Below are positions 12,419-24,420 of a DNA stretch of 64,000 nt, one piece after another (the stretch's first letter is position 1; each line of letters opens with the position of its first letter). The stretch spans positions 1,739,892 through 1,803,891 of the forward strand of contig MU054049.1 in NCBI GenBank assembly GCA_013239625.1, given 5' to 3'. A model generated the notes under the pieces. It searched no databases and was not told the DNA's origin. It saw only the letters and a list, made by a program, of their open reading frames with translations. Source of the DNA: Lama guanicoe (taxonomy: Eukaryota). A program made the translations under genes and the position numbers.

Positions 12419-12716
12419 ATTAAAAACTTTTGTTCTTCAAGGGATAGCATCAAGAAAGTGAAAAGACAACCTATGGAAATGGGAGGAAAAAATTTTAACC
12501 ATACATCTGTTAAAGAATGTATGTATGTATGTATGTATATAAAATATATAAATAATTCTTAACAATTAAATAACAAAAAATAACCCAATATTAAAATAGA
12601 CAAAGGCTCTAAAGAGACATTTCTCCAAAGAAGATATACAAATGGCCTACACAAGCACATGAAAAGATGCTCAACATCAGTAGTCATCAGGGAAATGGAA
12701 ATCAAAACTACAATGA

Positions 12717-12849
12717 ATATTCAATATCTTGTAATAACCTTTAATGAAAAAGAATATGAAAATGAATATATGTATGTAAACGCATGACTGGGACATTGTG
12801 CTGCACACCAGAAATTGACACATTGTAACTGGTTGTATTTAAATTTTAA
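12717..12849 (+). mobile_element. Young 5'-truncated L1 3' end
   Basis: TSD AAAACTACAATGA at 12704-12716 and 12850-12862. Confidence 0.85.
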
Positions 12850-13510
12850 AAAACTACAATGAGATATCACTCACATGACTTAGAATGGCTGTTATTAAAA
12901 AGTCAACAACAACTGTTGGTGAGGCTGTAGAGAAATCAGAACCCTCATACGCTGTAGTGGGACTGTAAAGTAGTGAAGCTACTTTGAAAAACAGTCTGAG
13001 AGTTCCTTAAAAAACAAGGTAAAACATAGAGTGACCCAGCAATTCTACTCCCAAGAGAAATGAAAATATATATTGACACAGAACATTGCACTTGAATATC
13101 CATAGCATTTATTTATAATAGCTAAACGTTGGAAACAACCCAAATGTCCATCAACTGATAAGTGGGTAAACAAATGTGATATATCTATACAATGGAAAGT
13201 TGTTTGGCCATAAAAAGTAATGAAGTACTGATACATGCTACAACACGGAAGAACCTTGAAAACATTATGCTAAGTGAAATAAGCCAATTATAAAATACCA
13301 CATATTACATGATTCCATTCATATGAAATGTCCAAATAGACAAATAGAGAGAGAATGTAGATTAGTGGTTGCATCAGGTTGGGGGAGCAGTGGAGAATAG
13401 AGGGGGTGATAGAATATAGGGTTTATTTTTGACTCATGGAAATGTTCTGTAATTGTGGTAATGTCTATACAAGTCTGTGAATATACTAAAAACCACTGAA
13501 TTGTAGACTT

Positions 13511-13784
13511 CATTTTTTTAAATAGATATTTTCTCTTTTTTAAACATTTTTATTGTGTTATAGTCATTTTGCAATGTTGTGTCAAATTCTAGTGTAGAGC
13601 CCAATTTTTCAGTTATACATGAACATGCATAGATATTCATTGTCACCTTTTTTTCACTGTGAGCTACCGCAAGGTCTTCTATATATTTCCCTGTGCTATA
13701 CAGTATAATCTTGTTTATCTATTCTACATATACCTGTCAGTATCTACAAATTTTGAACTCCCAGTCTACCCCTTCCCACCCCCT
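13511..13784 (-). mobile_element. Young 5'-truncated L1 3' end
   Basis: TSD TGAATTGTAGACTT at 13497-13510 and 13785-13798; T-rich left end. Confidence 0.85.
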
Positions 13785-14169
13785 TGAATTGTAGACTTTA
13801 AATGAGTGAACTGTATGACATGTGAATTACACATCTATAAAACCATTACCATAAAAAAAATTTGAACAACTTTAATAAGAACAAGATGCTATCTATACCT
13901 ATCTATGGGTGCTGGTTTTGTAAAGATGCCTGCATCATCTCCATGAGAACAATTGCATGGTGTGTGTATACACAATTACACACGTAAAAATATGTCAGGA
14001 ATCTCACCCAGGGTTACCGGAGAGCAAGGCAAATAGGTAGGAGGAAAACTTTCTTTTTTACTTTATGTATTTCTATGTTGTTTGATTTTTTTTACAATGA
14101 GCATTTGTTATTTTGTTAGTATACATTAAAAAATAAGAAAAGATAAAAATTGAGCTCCTTTACTGATAT

Positions 14170-14405
14170 CTATCTGTTATGGAGCCCTTGCTAAGTGCCA
14201 TGTGCTGTTCTGACCTCTTGATGCACCTGATCCCATCTCATCCTCAAAAGCCCCTTATACAGCCCTGCCCAGTAAGCATCTTCTCTTACCGGGTGGGAAG
14301 ACTCAGGAGGTGAGGGACTTAACCACGCTCTCTCACACAGGTGAGAGGCGGTCCGCCTGGGAGCCAAAGCCTCATCCCAGGACCCCAAGTCTAAGCATTC
14401 CACCC
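14170..14405. mobile_element. MIR SINE
   Basis: Degenerate MIR core (gactcaggaggtgagggactt...cacacaggtgagaggc). Confidence 0.55.
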
Positions 14406-14959
14406 CCTCCCATTGCTGGAATGCTATTTTGTCATTTTCCCCAAATCGACCTCCTGGGAGTCTACTTCAGCAACGATGGATGACAACAATAACCCAGTTA
14501 AAGTGCACGTATAAAATAAACCAGGTTTGTGCGACAAATTTCCTAGTTCACCAAAATGAAGCAAGAGCCTAAATAACACCAAAGGAGGCTCAGAGCAGCT
14601 GGTGATCAGGGTCCAAGGCTAGACTGGTTCTTGTATTTAAAATGTTCCAGTCATTTAAGTATTCATTAGAAATTCAGCATCACTGGGGAAATGGGTTAAA
14701 TGAGTTACACAAACTAAATACCACAATTCACAGTGGAAAAATATCCAAAACTACTTGTTGATTACTGTAGTTTCTGAAGTGAGCAGGGAGGTGGCATTAA
14801 TGCTAGGCAGTGTGTGCCTTCCTGGGAACTGGGAACTGGGAACTGTCCTCAGAGAGACATCTTTTCTCCCTTGTTTTGAAAAATGCTCCCAGAACATCTA
14901 ATAGTGTCTCAGTGTTTTTCTGTAGAAAGGAATACAAAAGCAAACTAGCCTTGTGGCTT

Positions 14960-15135
14960 TTTGTTTTTTTAATTTTTTATTGGAGTGTAGTCAATTTAAA
15001 ATGTTGTGTTAGTTTCTGGGGTAGAGCCTAGTGATTCGGGTATATATATTCCTTTTCACATACTTTTTCATTGTAGGTTATCACAAGATGTTGAATATCG
15101 TTCCCTGTGTTATACAGTAAGACCTTGTTGTTTAT
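14960..15135 (-). mobile_element. L1 3' end fragment
   Basis: ttttttattggagtgtagtcaattt...ttcccctgtg-like text, ending tatacagtaagaccttgttgttta. Confidence 0.8.
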
Positions 15136-15429
15136 AGCCTTTGTGTTTTTAACTGTCTTAAATAAAACTTTTCTCAATCTGCTACAAGCATTAGCACTTT
15201 ACAAGAAGGGTCCCAGTATTATTTATTTGTTTGTTTGTTTATAACTGTGAAGGTACTTATAAGTTTTCTAAATGTATTCCCGTACCAGTGCCCAAGTACT
15301 GGCTCATCCCGTGGCTCTGTCCTCTTCTCTCTGCACACTTTGTCACATCCACAGCTTTAGCTATAGCTTTCCAGCTCCTTTCCCCAGTCCCTATTTCTTT
15401 TCTGAGTGCTTAGATGTCAAATCCCAGTG

Positions 15430-15910
15430 GTACAGTCAGGAAATTTTCATCTTCAAATGGCTTAAGCCAACTACAATTGGCTTAAGAAAATAAGAAGTAT
15501 ACCGGTTGGTCTAAACTGAAAACTACCTGTGCAGCTTCCAGGCTGGCTGGATTCAAGTGCTCAGTCAGTGACAGCAGGATTCAGTCTCCATCTCACGGGT
15601 CTGGTTTCTTCTGTGTTGGCTTCATTCTCCTGCAGGCTGACCCACAGGAGTGACAAGATGGCCACTAACTGCTCCAGGCTGACCTCTCATCAGCTTAGCA
15701 GCCTTAGTAGGAAGAAAACTTTACCTTCCCAACTGTGTGTCCATTTCTGAATTAATCACTGTGACCTCAATTCTGGAATTGAGAGGAGGGGACTCAATCC
15801 TATTGGAACCAAAAGGACTATGTGTGGGAAAGAGGATAGTTTCCTAAAAGGAAAATAGAGGTTGTGTTTCCAAAATAAGGAAGACTAGATGCTGAGTAGC
15901 CAAAACAACA
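15430..15910 (-). mobile_element. MaLR (MLT1J/K-like) LTR containing a region similar to the human C10orf53 alternative last exon
   Basis: ggcttaag...gctggattcaag.gctca...ggcttcattctc...gacaagatggcc...ctccaggct pattern; translation RLTHRSDKMATNCSRLTSHQLSS. Confidence 0.7.
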
Positions 15911-17742
15911 GTTGCCCTGCATCTCCTGAACATTCCCAGCGGTAAATGCAACGCATCTGCTCCCCAGCTCTGTCTCTCTGACTGTATTCCCCATGTTCAT
16001 TAAAGTTATGATCAATGATCTACTTAATCAATTTGAAAACGTGGGGACAGCCAATTACTCTTTTACCATTTTCTCTTATTTCTATTTCTGAAACACTGCT
16101 AATCTGCCCTTCCCTCAACCATGCCGGTGCCTCTGCCCTTGTTTGGGATTTTGAAACCTCTTGCCTTGACTATTTCACTGGGTTCTTATCTTGTTATTCT
16201 GTCTCCATTATCTCCTCCTGAAGACCACTCTCTACATTACTGCTAAAATAATCTTCCTAACGTAAAATTTTGACCCTGTTTCTTTCCTATGCATTTGTCA
16301 TTTTGTTGGCTGTCCATCATCATGTTATGCTTGGGGATTGCCCCACATGATGGACCCTGGTTGACATGGGCAAGGAACTCACACTTGGTCAGTTGGATGC
16401 ACCTTCCCCTGACCTTGACTCTAGAGCTCTTGGCACAAGGATGATGGGAGAACGGACAAGGTGTTCTGTAGCTCCAACTGTGGCAGCTACATCCAGTTTC
16501 TGGTGGCAGCAAGGGCAGTCACGCTAACCAGAGCACCCAGCATCCAACAAGGCTAGTGGTACAGGCTGCCATTTCCATGGCCACAGCCATGGCATCCTCC
16601 CAGGCCTGTTCTGTTGTGAGACTTGGGCTGTTCCTCTGGTTTCACAGCCCTTGTCCCTGTTTTTTATCCAATCTGCTTTCTCAGCCTACCTGAGATGTGG
16701 TTTCCCTTTCCATATTTCCTTTTGAACTTAGACAGAGTCAGCTCTGGGGTTAAAACTGTGAACGCTGACTGAGTCACCCCTACACGGCTCTCCACTTACC
16801 TGCTGTCCACTTCACAGCCCTAAGTGACCAGACCAGGCCCTTCAGGTCTACAGGCCTTTGCCCCCATGTCATGCCCTACTTCACATGATACAGGCTGCCC
16901 GACTCAAATGGCCCCTCTTGGCATCATCTTTCTTCATCCTGTCTCTCTCGATAGCCCAGTGGGCTCCCTCCTCTCGTCTCTGGCCTCCCTCACTCTCCCC
17001 AGCCTCTGAATGAATGCCTGGCACCTTGTATCCATGTGTGTCTGTCTCCTGAGAGGATCACAGAGCACCTCAAAGCAGCAGGCATGCCATCTTTCACATC
17101 TTGGTGCCTCCTACCCCAGAGCCTGGCACAGCAAGTGTCACCCAGTGAGCCCTCAACAACATCTTGGTCAACAACCGAAGGTTCAGACACCAGCAGTCAG
17201 CCTTCCAGCCTACACTTGCTGAAGGGGCAGTGTGGCATTCTCGCCTAATAAAGCATGTTGCAAAGTGTTTAAATGCCTTGGAGAAACATGCTTAGTACAA
17301 ACTGTTGCTGACAATTTCTTAGCATCTCCCTTTGGGCATCAGTTGACCTGCTGGAGAACACTGTCTCCCGAGGTTCTTGGGAGCTGGAGAATCTCTGGGT
17401 CTGAGGAGCAGAGAAGACTTGGCTCTCTCCCTTGGCCACTGTGGTGGGCAGCGGCTGTTCACTTCTGCCGCCTCCCTCCCACCTTCTTCCGGGAACAGCC
17501 CTGTGGTTTTAAGGCTCTACATCTCCGCCTACCCTTAGTCTGCATGGTCCAACTGGGACACGGCAGTTTGCTCTGCTGAAGCTGAAACTCGTGTCTGGCT
17601 AATCAGAGCACAGCACTCCTTCAGGCAAGAGTGACTGGCTTTTCCTAGACCAGTATGAGTCAGGTTTGCCACCACCTGGAGCCAGAATGTTTTTCACTAG
17701 ATCAGCCACCAGACTCAGCAAGGGTGCTCAGCAAGATAAAGT

Positions 17743-17850
17743 CAATGTGTTAGTTACTGGTGTACAGCACAGTGATTCAGTTATATATATATATTCTTTT
17801 TCACTATAAATCAACTATACTTCAATTTTAAAAATGGGGAAAAAATTAAA
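17743..17850. mobile_element. Short L1 3' end with an inverted 5' segment
   Basis: 17743-17801 is L1 3'UTR on the minus strand; 17802-17834 is the L1 terminus (aaatcaactatacttcaat + A-rich) on the plus strand. Confidence 0.65.
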
Positions 17851-17925
17851 ACTAAAAACAAATTTAAAAATTCAAGCAGAAATTTAAGATCAAAAATTTA
17901 AATTACAAAATAAAAGATTTCTGAG

Positions 17926-18052
17926 GCAGGAGGGTATAGCCCAGTGGTAGAGCACATGCTTCGCATGCACAAGATCCTGGGTTCAATCCCCAGTACCTCC
18001 ATTAAAAATAAATACATAAATAAACCTAATTACCTCCCCGCCCTTCAAAAAA
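17926..18052 (+). mobile_element. tRNA-Ala-derived SINE, full length
   Basis: tRNA-like head at 17930-18001 followed by the aataaacctaattacctcccc tail and an A-run. Confidence 0.9.
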
Positions 18053-18421
18053 GAAATCAATGAAACGGAAAAACCAACTGAATAAAATCAAGAGCTTTTC
18101 AAAAAAAATATTCTGAGATATCTTAGAGAAGGCTTTAGGAAAGATTAAATCAGCCACTGCTCAGAGCAGCTGGAGGGCGGGTGGGAGCTGGGGCAGCTCC
18201 CAGCATCTCCCTGCAGCTCTAGGCACCCCTACTCCAGTCTGAGTCATCCCCCAACCTCTAACCCCCTCCCCCTTCATGAGCTGACTGTTGGCATTCACCT
18301 TATCTTCCCCTTAGGGTACCCCCAAATAAACCCACCTGCTTAGAGGCACAAAGTAGAATTTACGGAAGCTTCCATAGGGAGGAAGGAGAGGGCTTCTATC
18401 ACATACCCCATCCTCAGGAAT

Positions 18422-18458
18422 NNNNNNNNNNNNNNNNNNNNNNNNNNNNNNNNNNNNN
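18422..18458. other. Assembly gap
   Basis: Run of N. Confidence 1.
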
Positions 18459-19324
18459 CCACACCCCTCACCCTCCCTTTCCACTCCCTGCCCCCACCGC
18501 CACCCTCCCCATCCCCCCAGGGGCCCGGCCTCTGCCCTCCTTACAGAAGCAAACACTTTCCTATTTTCTCCTCAGGCAGTGAACTCCTCCCCATTGTCTC
18601 AATTCCAGGCCAAAAATGTGCTGCAGGCTCCAAGGCATCACTGGGTTAGCATTCTGAGCAAGCAAACGCTGCCATGCTCTCATGTATGTTAATGAGTTCT
18701 CAACTACCGCCAGCTACCGAGCCTGCTATCTCCGGATCTGTTTCTGAGAGTGAAGCAACTTGCCCTTGGCCACAAGGCTGCTGCAGCCGGCTCAGGACTG
18801 AAGCCCACTCTGCCTTCGTGACCCAGAAGAAGCTAAGAAAACCGCGTGGCCCAGCCGTGTGAGGATGGGGAGGGAGGGAGGCGGCGGAGGGCGCCGCAAC
18901 ACTGGGACTCACTTCCCTAGACGTGGAGCAGGTGTCGGAACACGTTACTGCTGTAGGCAAAGGGACAGGAATCTATGTTGTGGAGTTTTTCCTGAGAAAA
19001 ATCATTGCAACGGTGATAGATTTTGGAAAATCGCTCCGTCTCCCAACATGTCCCGTTTGTCACGGTGATTGTTGCTGTTTTCCAGGCAGCTTGACTTACT
19101 GGCAACATGAGTGATGCCCGCCCTGGCGTGCAGAGACACAGCGCGGTGCTGCCCTTGTTGGTCCTTATGTTTCTGCAGGCTGTCAGATCTCACAAAAAAG
19201 TGCCCCCCAGTCCCTTTCCTGAACCCGACAACCTTGGGCATATTTGAGAAAATGCTTTGAGGATTGGTCTAACAGAAGCGTATGTGTCACTTTATGGCTT
19301 GGGGACACAGTTTGGGGTGGAGAT

Positions 19325-20000
19325 TCAGAGCTGGGGTGTGAATACTAACTCCTCCCGCCTCCATAGGATCTGTGTTGTTGAGAAATTACTCAACCTCACA
19401 ATTCTCAATTTTCTCATCTATGAAATGGGGATGACAATAATGTAATAGAAAAGACCAAATCTGACTCCATATTAGACTCTGCTCCTTTAGCTTTAACCAC
19501 TGTGCCCTCTTTTCTAGGCTTAGTCTTGCTAGCTCTACATTCACGTAAAGACAACAAGTTGCAGAATAGAGAATAACATTTGTTCTGTTGGAGGTTTTGC
19601 AGGAGCACCATGACCTGGCCCACGTGGACAGCTACAGGAACAAAGAATTCCTACACCAAGAAGTTTGCAACAACCAACCACACAACCTCCCGTGTTTTTT
19701 GTTTTCTTTTGTTTTTTGTATAAAAGGAGGCTGTATTCTGCCTAGAGCAGGATGGTTCTCCAAGACATTAGTCTGCCATCCTCTCAGTCTGCCCACTTTC
19801 CGAATAAAGTGGCTATTCCTTGCCCCAACACCTCATCTCCCGATTTATTGGCCTGTCATGCGGTGAGCAGAACAAGTTTGGACTCGGTAACAATAACACC
19901 TTCCTTGCGGGAAGGATAAATATGAGGATAAAATGAAAGAATAGAAGCAGCAGAGCCCACCCAGATCCTGGCACACCGTGAAGCCATCAATAAATGTTAG
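19325..20000. mobile_element. MIR SINE split by an LTR insertion
   Basis: ttctcaattttctcatctatgaaatggggatgacaataa resumes after 19892 as ataacacc...atcaataaatgttag. Confidence 0.75.
19441..19892 (+). mobile_element. ERV1-class solo LTR
   Basis: TG...CA ends; perfect 4-bp TSD ATAA (19437-19440 and 19893-19896); TATAAAA at 19719-19725; AATAAA at 19803-19808. Confidence 0.9.
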
Positions 20001-20539
20001 GGATGGTTATGCTTTATTATCAATCCTGAGTGTCTCCTTGTTATACAAGGGACATATGTTACTTTTCCCATCAGGAAGAAGTTGAAAGTTTGGTTTGTTA
20101 GAGTCTCTGCAGTGTAGCAGCAGCATCTATCTTTGGCCTTTCTTTGGGGTCCAGCAGTTCTGAGAAGGAAATGACTGCTGGATATTTTCACTTTGCACTT
20201 CAGCTGGAAGGAGAGGTGACAAACAGCACGGGAGACACATCATTTGTACCACAGTGCAACTCTGGCCTCCAATTTCTGAGAATTTCCTCTTACTATGAAA
20301 GTCTCCTTGGGTTTCCAAAGGAAAATAGCACACATCATCTCCTGTCACTCCCCATGTATGGAGAAAACCCAATAAGCCTCAATCGGACCCAACTTGACCA
20401 ACCTGTCGAACACTGAACAACCATCATGGACTGAGCACTGGGTCACGTGCTCTGCCCACACTGCCTCAGTCAATTTAGTTAATTCTCAGTCAACCATTGT
20501 GAAGGAGCACTTGAGTCCAGAGGTGGTGTGGCTCCATGG

Positions 20540-20765
20540 CTCGGGATAAGGACACTAGACCCCAACCAAATAAATATGAATCCCAGCTATGTGACCCTAG
20601 GGAAGTTACTCAACATCTCTGAGCTTCAGTATCTTCATCGGTAGCACAAAAGCAGTACATGTCTTTTCCGGTGTAGTGAGAGTTTAGAGATGTTATTAGC
20701 TGAAAGAGACCATGAACAGTGACTGACACATAGGAAGTAGTTGATAAATATCAGCTGTTATCGTT
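20540..20765. mobile_element. MIR SINE
   Basis: ctatgtgaccctagggaagttactcaacatctctgagcttcagt core. Confidence 0.75.
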
Positions 20766-21649
20766 TCTGCACCCACTTAATGGCAGAGTAAGCAGGGCTG
20801 GCATCTATAATTGGTTCTGTCCAACATCCATATTCTTAACTTCTGGATACCACACCCTAATTTTAGTTTTAGTTTCCTCCTTCATTCATTGTACAGAGTC
20901 TTGGATAGGCTGTCAGTCAAATTACTCTAAGAAAGACATGGATGGCCCAAGAAATGCCAATCAGATAGTCTTTCCTGGAATTTGACACTAAAGGATAGTG
21001 ACAAGATGACAGAATATGATTGAAAATCTAGGAAATCATCTCCGGAACAGCATGGACCAGGCTCGCCGTTCGTTCCTGCTACCTAGATCCCCAGGTCTAT
21101 TCTGGTCACATCCCTCCACCCCATGAGCCACCTCCCAGGCTTCCTATGTACAAATTCCTATGTACAGGTCATTTCTGTAGCTTGCAAGGAATGAACTCTA
21201 AGGCATCCTTCAAGAAGTCTTCCTACTTCAGCACAGCCCCATGTTCCAAGTACATAACCATGAGAGGAAATTTTAAAATAGGAGCACTCTAAGATAGAGT
21301 CAGCTCAGAAAAGGGGTATGTATTTGGGGCCAGAAACAATATAGGAATGCAATATTGTAGATTGTACAGAAGCTGCAAGCCTGCTGAGCACTGGTGCTCA
21401 ACGCAGTCAAGGTACCAAGTAGCATGGCTCTTTTGCAGGTAAAAAGACTGAAAATATTCCACGGGAGAAGGAGGACTGGCTCCAATCTCTAGTTAACGTC
21501 AGGTGTTGGGATGTGGTGTTGGGATGTGGATCAGGGCTTGGAATAGTGGTTTATCTGAGGTTCTGGATCTCAAGAGACAGCTGGACAAAGAATATAAAAT
21601 TAATCAAGTCCACCTCATGGCTTCTTGTCTGGGCCTAGGATTTCTCTAG

Positions 21650-24420
21650 AATTACCAAAGAATAGAATCTGTAAAGCCCCATTATAATGCTTAGTCCTAG
21701 ATGGAAGTAGATGTGGCTTAGTGAAGACAACTGCAAAAATGAAACACTGATGGACAAGGCAGGAGAGAGAAGAGAACAAGCCAGAACAGAACAAAACAAA
21801 AGTCCTAAAACTTCCTACTCAAAACAAGCCAGCAAGTCAATATTCCATAACATAAGGAAGAATGCAAATACTGAAAAAAGACAGCCAAGAAAATTAACAA
21901 TTGGAAGAATGAATTCACTCCAGACAAAATTAAGCTCATAAAGTAGTCTGACAAATATTCCAGAATTATTATAAGTCACACAAAGAGATTTTAACAACAT
22001 CTGTTAAAAATAAAATATATTGGTTTTAAACAGGCAGAAATGACGAATGCACACTAAAATGAAATATTAAGTAGATATAAACAATTTAGAAATCTTAGAA
22101 AATTATAGTCATTGAAAATATTCAAAATCTACTAGAGCCACTGTTGAAGATAATTTGGCACTTTTTTTGAAAACTAAGCATGCTTCTGTCTTACAGTCTA
22201 GCAGTCATGCTCCTTAGCATTTACCCAAAGGAGCTGAAATGTATATCCATACAAAAACCCGCTCATGGATGTTTATTGCAACTTTATTCATAATTGCCAA
22301 AACTTGGAAGTAACAAAGATGCCCTTCATAGGTGAATGGATAAATAAACTGGTGCATCCAAAGAACAGGATATTATTCAGTACCAAAAAGAAATGAGCTA
22401 ACAAGTCAAAAAAAAAGACATGGAGGAACTGTAAATGCATATTACTAAGTAAAAGAAGCCGATCTGAAAAGGCTACAAACTGTGTGACTCCAACTAAATG
22501 ACATTCTGGAAAAGGCAAAATTATACAGACAGTAGACAGAGTGGTTGCCAAGGGTTGGGGGCTGGGGGTGTTGAGAGGGATGAGTAGGCAAAACACAGAG
22601 TTTTTAGGACAGGGATAATACTCTGTATGATACCGTAATGATGGATCTATGCCATTATATATTTCTCCAAATCCATAGAATGTACAACACCAAAAGTAAT
22701 GTAAACTATGGACTTTGGGTGACTATGATGTATCAGTATAGATTCACCAATTGTAACAAAGGTACCACTTTGGTAGGGGAATGTTGATAATGAAGGAAGC
22801 TATGCCTTTGTGGGAGCAAAGGGTATATGGGAAATCTGTACCTTCCCCTCAATTTTGCTGAGAACCTAAAACTGCTTTTTTTTTTAAGGCTTAATTAAAA
22901 AAAAAACAACTCACTAGACAGGATATATTCTAGAGAGAAACTAGTTGAGGAGAACAACAGATTAAAGTATAGTACTTATGGTTACCGGGGGAAAGTGGGT
23001 GGGAAGGAATAAATTGGGAGTTTGAGATTTGCAAACATTAACTACTATATATAAAGTAAATAAAAAACAAATTTCTCTTATATAGCACAAGGAACTATAT
23101 TCAATATCTTGTAATAACCTATAATGAAAAACAATATGAAAATAAATACATGTATATTATATGTGACTGAAACATTGTGCTGTACACCAGAAATTGATAC
23201 AGTGTACTGACTATACTTCAATTAAAAAAAGAAAAAATACATAGTACTGAAGAATTCACCCATGACACAAGATATAGAGACAAAGAAATTAAGAGGTTAT
23301 TTGAAAAAGCAGTTATGAGGCCTGAAGGCTATTTTGAGGTGTTCTAAAATATCTAACAGGAGTTATAGAGTAGGGAATGAAGAAAATATCAATTTCTTAT
23401 AGTTTTCTGAGTACAGGTTTTTACCTCCTTAGTTAAATTTATTCCTAGGTGCTTGATTCTTTTTGACACAGTTGCAAATGGGATTGTTTTCTTAATTTCT
23501 CTTTCTGATATTTTGCTGTTAGCGTAACTAGAGAAACTATAACGAAACTGCAGAAAGTCAAGGGTGAAAACTGTCAGAGAGAAACATAAATTGCTAATAG
23601 AACAACAATTAGATGGATGACAGATTTCCCATCAGCAACAATGAGAGCTAAAGACAATGGAATGATGTCTTCCAAAGGGCTGGTAATGAATAACTCTATT
23701 TGGAATGTTTAGAATGCCAGAGAAACCATCATTTATGAATGGTAATAAAAAGGATTTTTATACAGGAAAAGACTAAGAATTTACCACTTACAGATTCTCA
23801 CTAAACCTTTAATTACTAAAAATAAAATAAAAATAGTGATATAGTTATATTAAAATAATGTAATTTCTGTTTAACAATATTATTTTTAGATAAGAAGACC
23901 AAAATGGTAGCTATTTAATGGGTAAATAATTTTTACAAAGTTCTTTTGTTCAGGAGGTTAGAAATACCAGATAACTCAAGGGGTTCTGTTTTGTTTTATT
24001 TTGTTTTGTTACAAAAGCATACCCTGAAGAACACAAGCCAAAATGAATAAAAATACATATGGCTTCCAAACTAGTGGAAGATAAATTGAATTAAAATTTT
24101 AAACATTTATTCAACAAAAGATAGAAAAAATAAAATGGAAAGATAAGCTACAATTTGGAAAATGTTATGTGTAACACATAAAACTGCCAAGATTAGATTC
24201 CATAATTTATAAACCACTCCTAAAACTCAATATGAAAAAGAAAAATACAAGGTTTAAACTGTATTTGTTTGGTTTTATTGTTTTAAAAATACATAAAGCA
24301 TATGCAATAAGACATTAGGATTTGATCACTACGTGGTTGATGGGTACACTGATATGGTTCTCATACTCTCCTTACTTTATTATATATTTTAAATATTTCA
24401 TAATTTTTTAAAGAATTATA
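21650..24420 (+). mobile_element. Mixed L1 fragments (old ORF1 remnants, L1MC-type 3' end at about 22135-22905, young 3' end at about 22977-23240)
   Basis: L1MC 3'UTR text (aatgtaaactatggactttgggtg..aaaggtaccactttggt); the young piece is flanked by ATAGTACT at 22969-22976 and 23241-23248. Confidence 0.75.

Larger units (their letters stand above)
10620..14150 (+). mobile_element. Cluster of old L1 (L1M-type) ORF2/3' fragments with nested younger insertions
   Basis: Degenerate L1 ORF2 text (aaaagatgctcaacatc...ggaaatggaaatcaaaactacaatgaga; cccaaatgtccatcaactgat). Confidence 0.85.

Noticed and set aside
14822..14845. (CTGGGAA)3 as RBPJ sites
   Set aside because: Simple 7-mer slippage; lacks the preferred GTGGGAA
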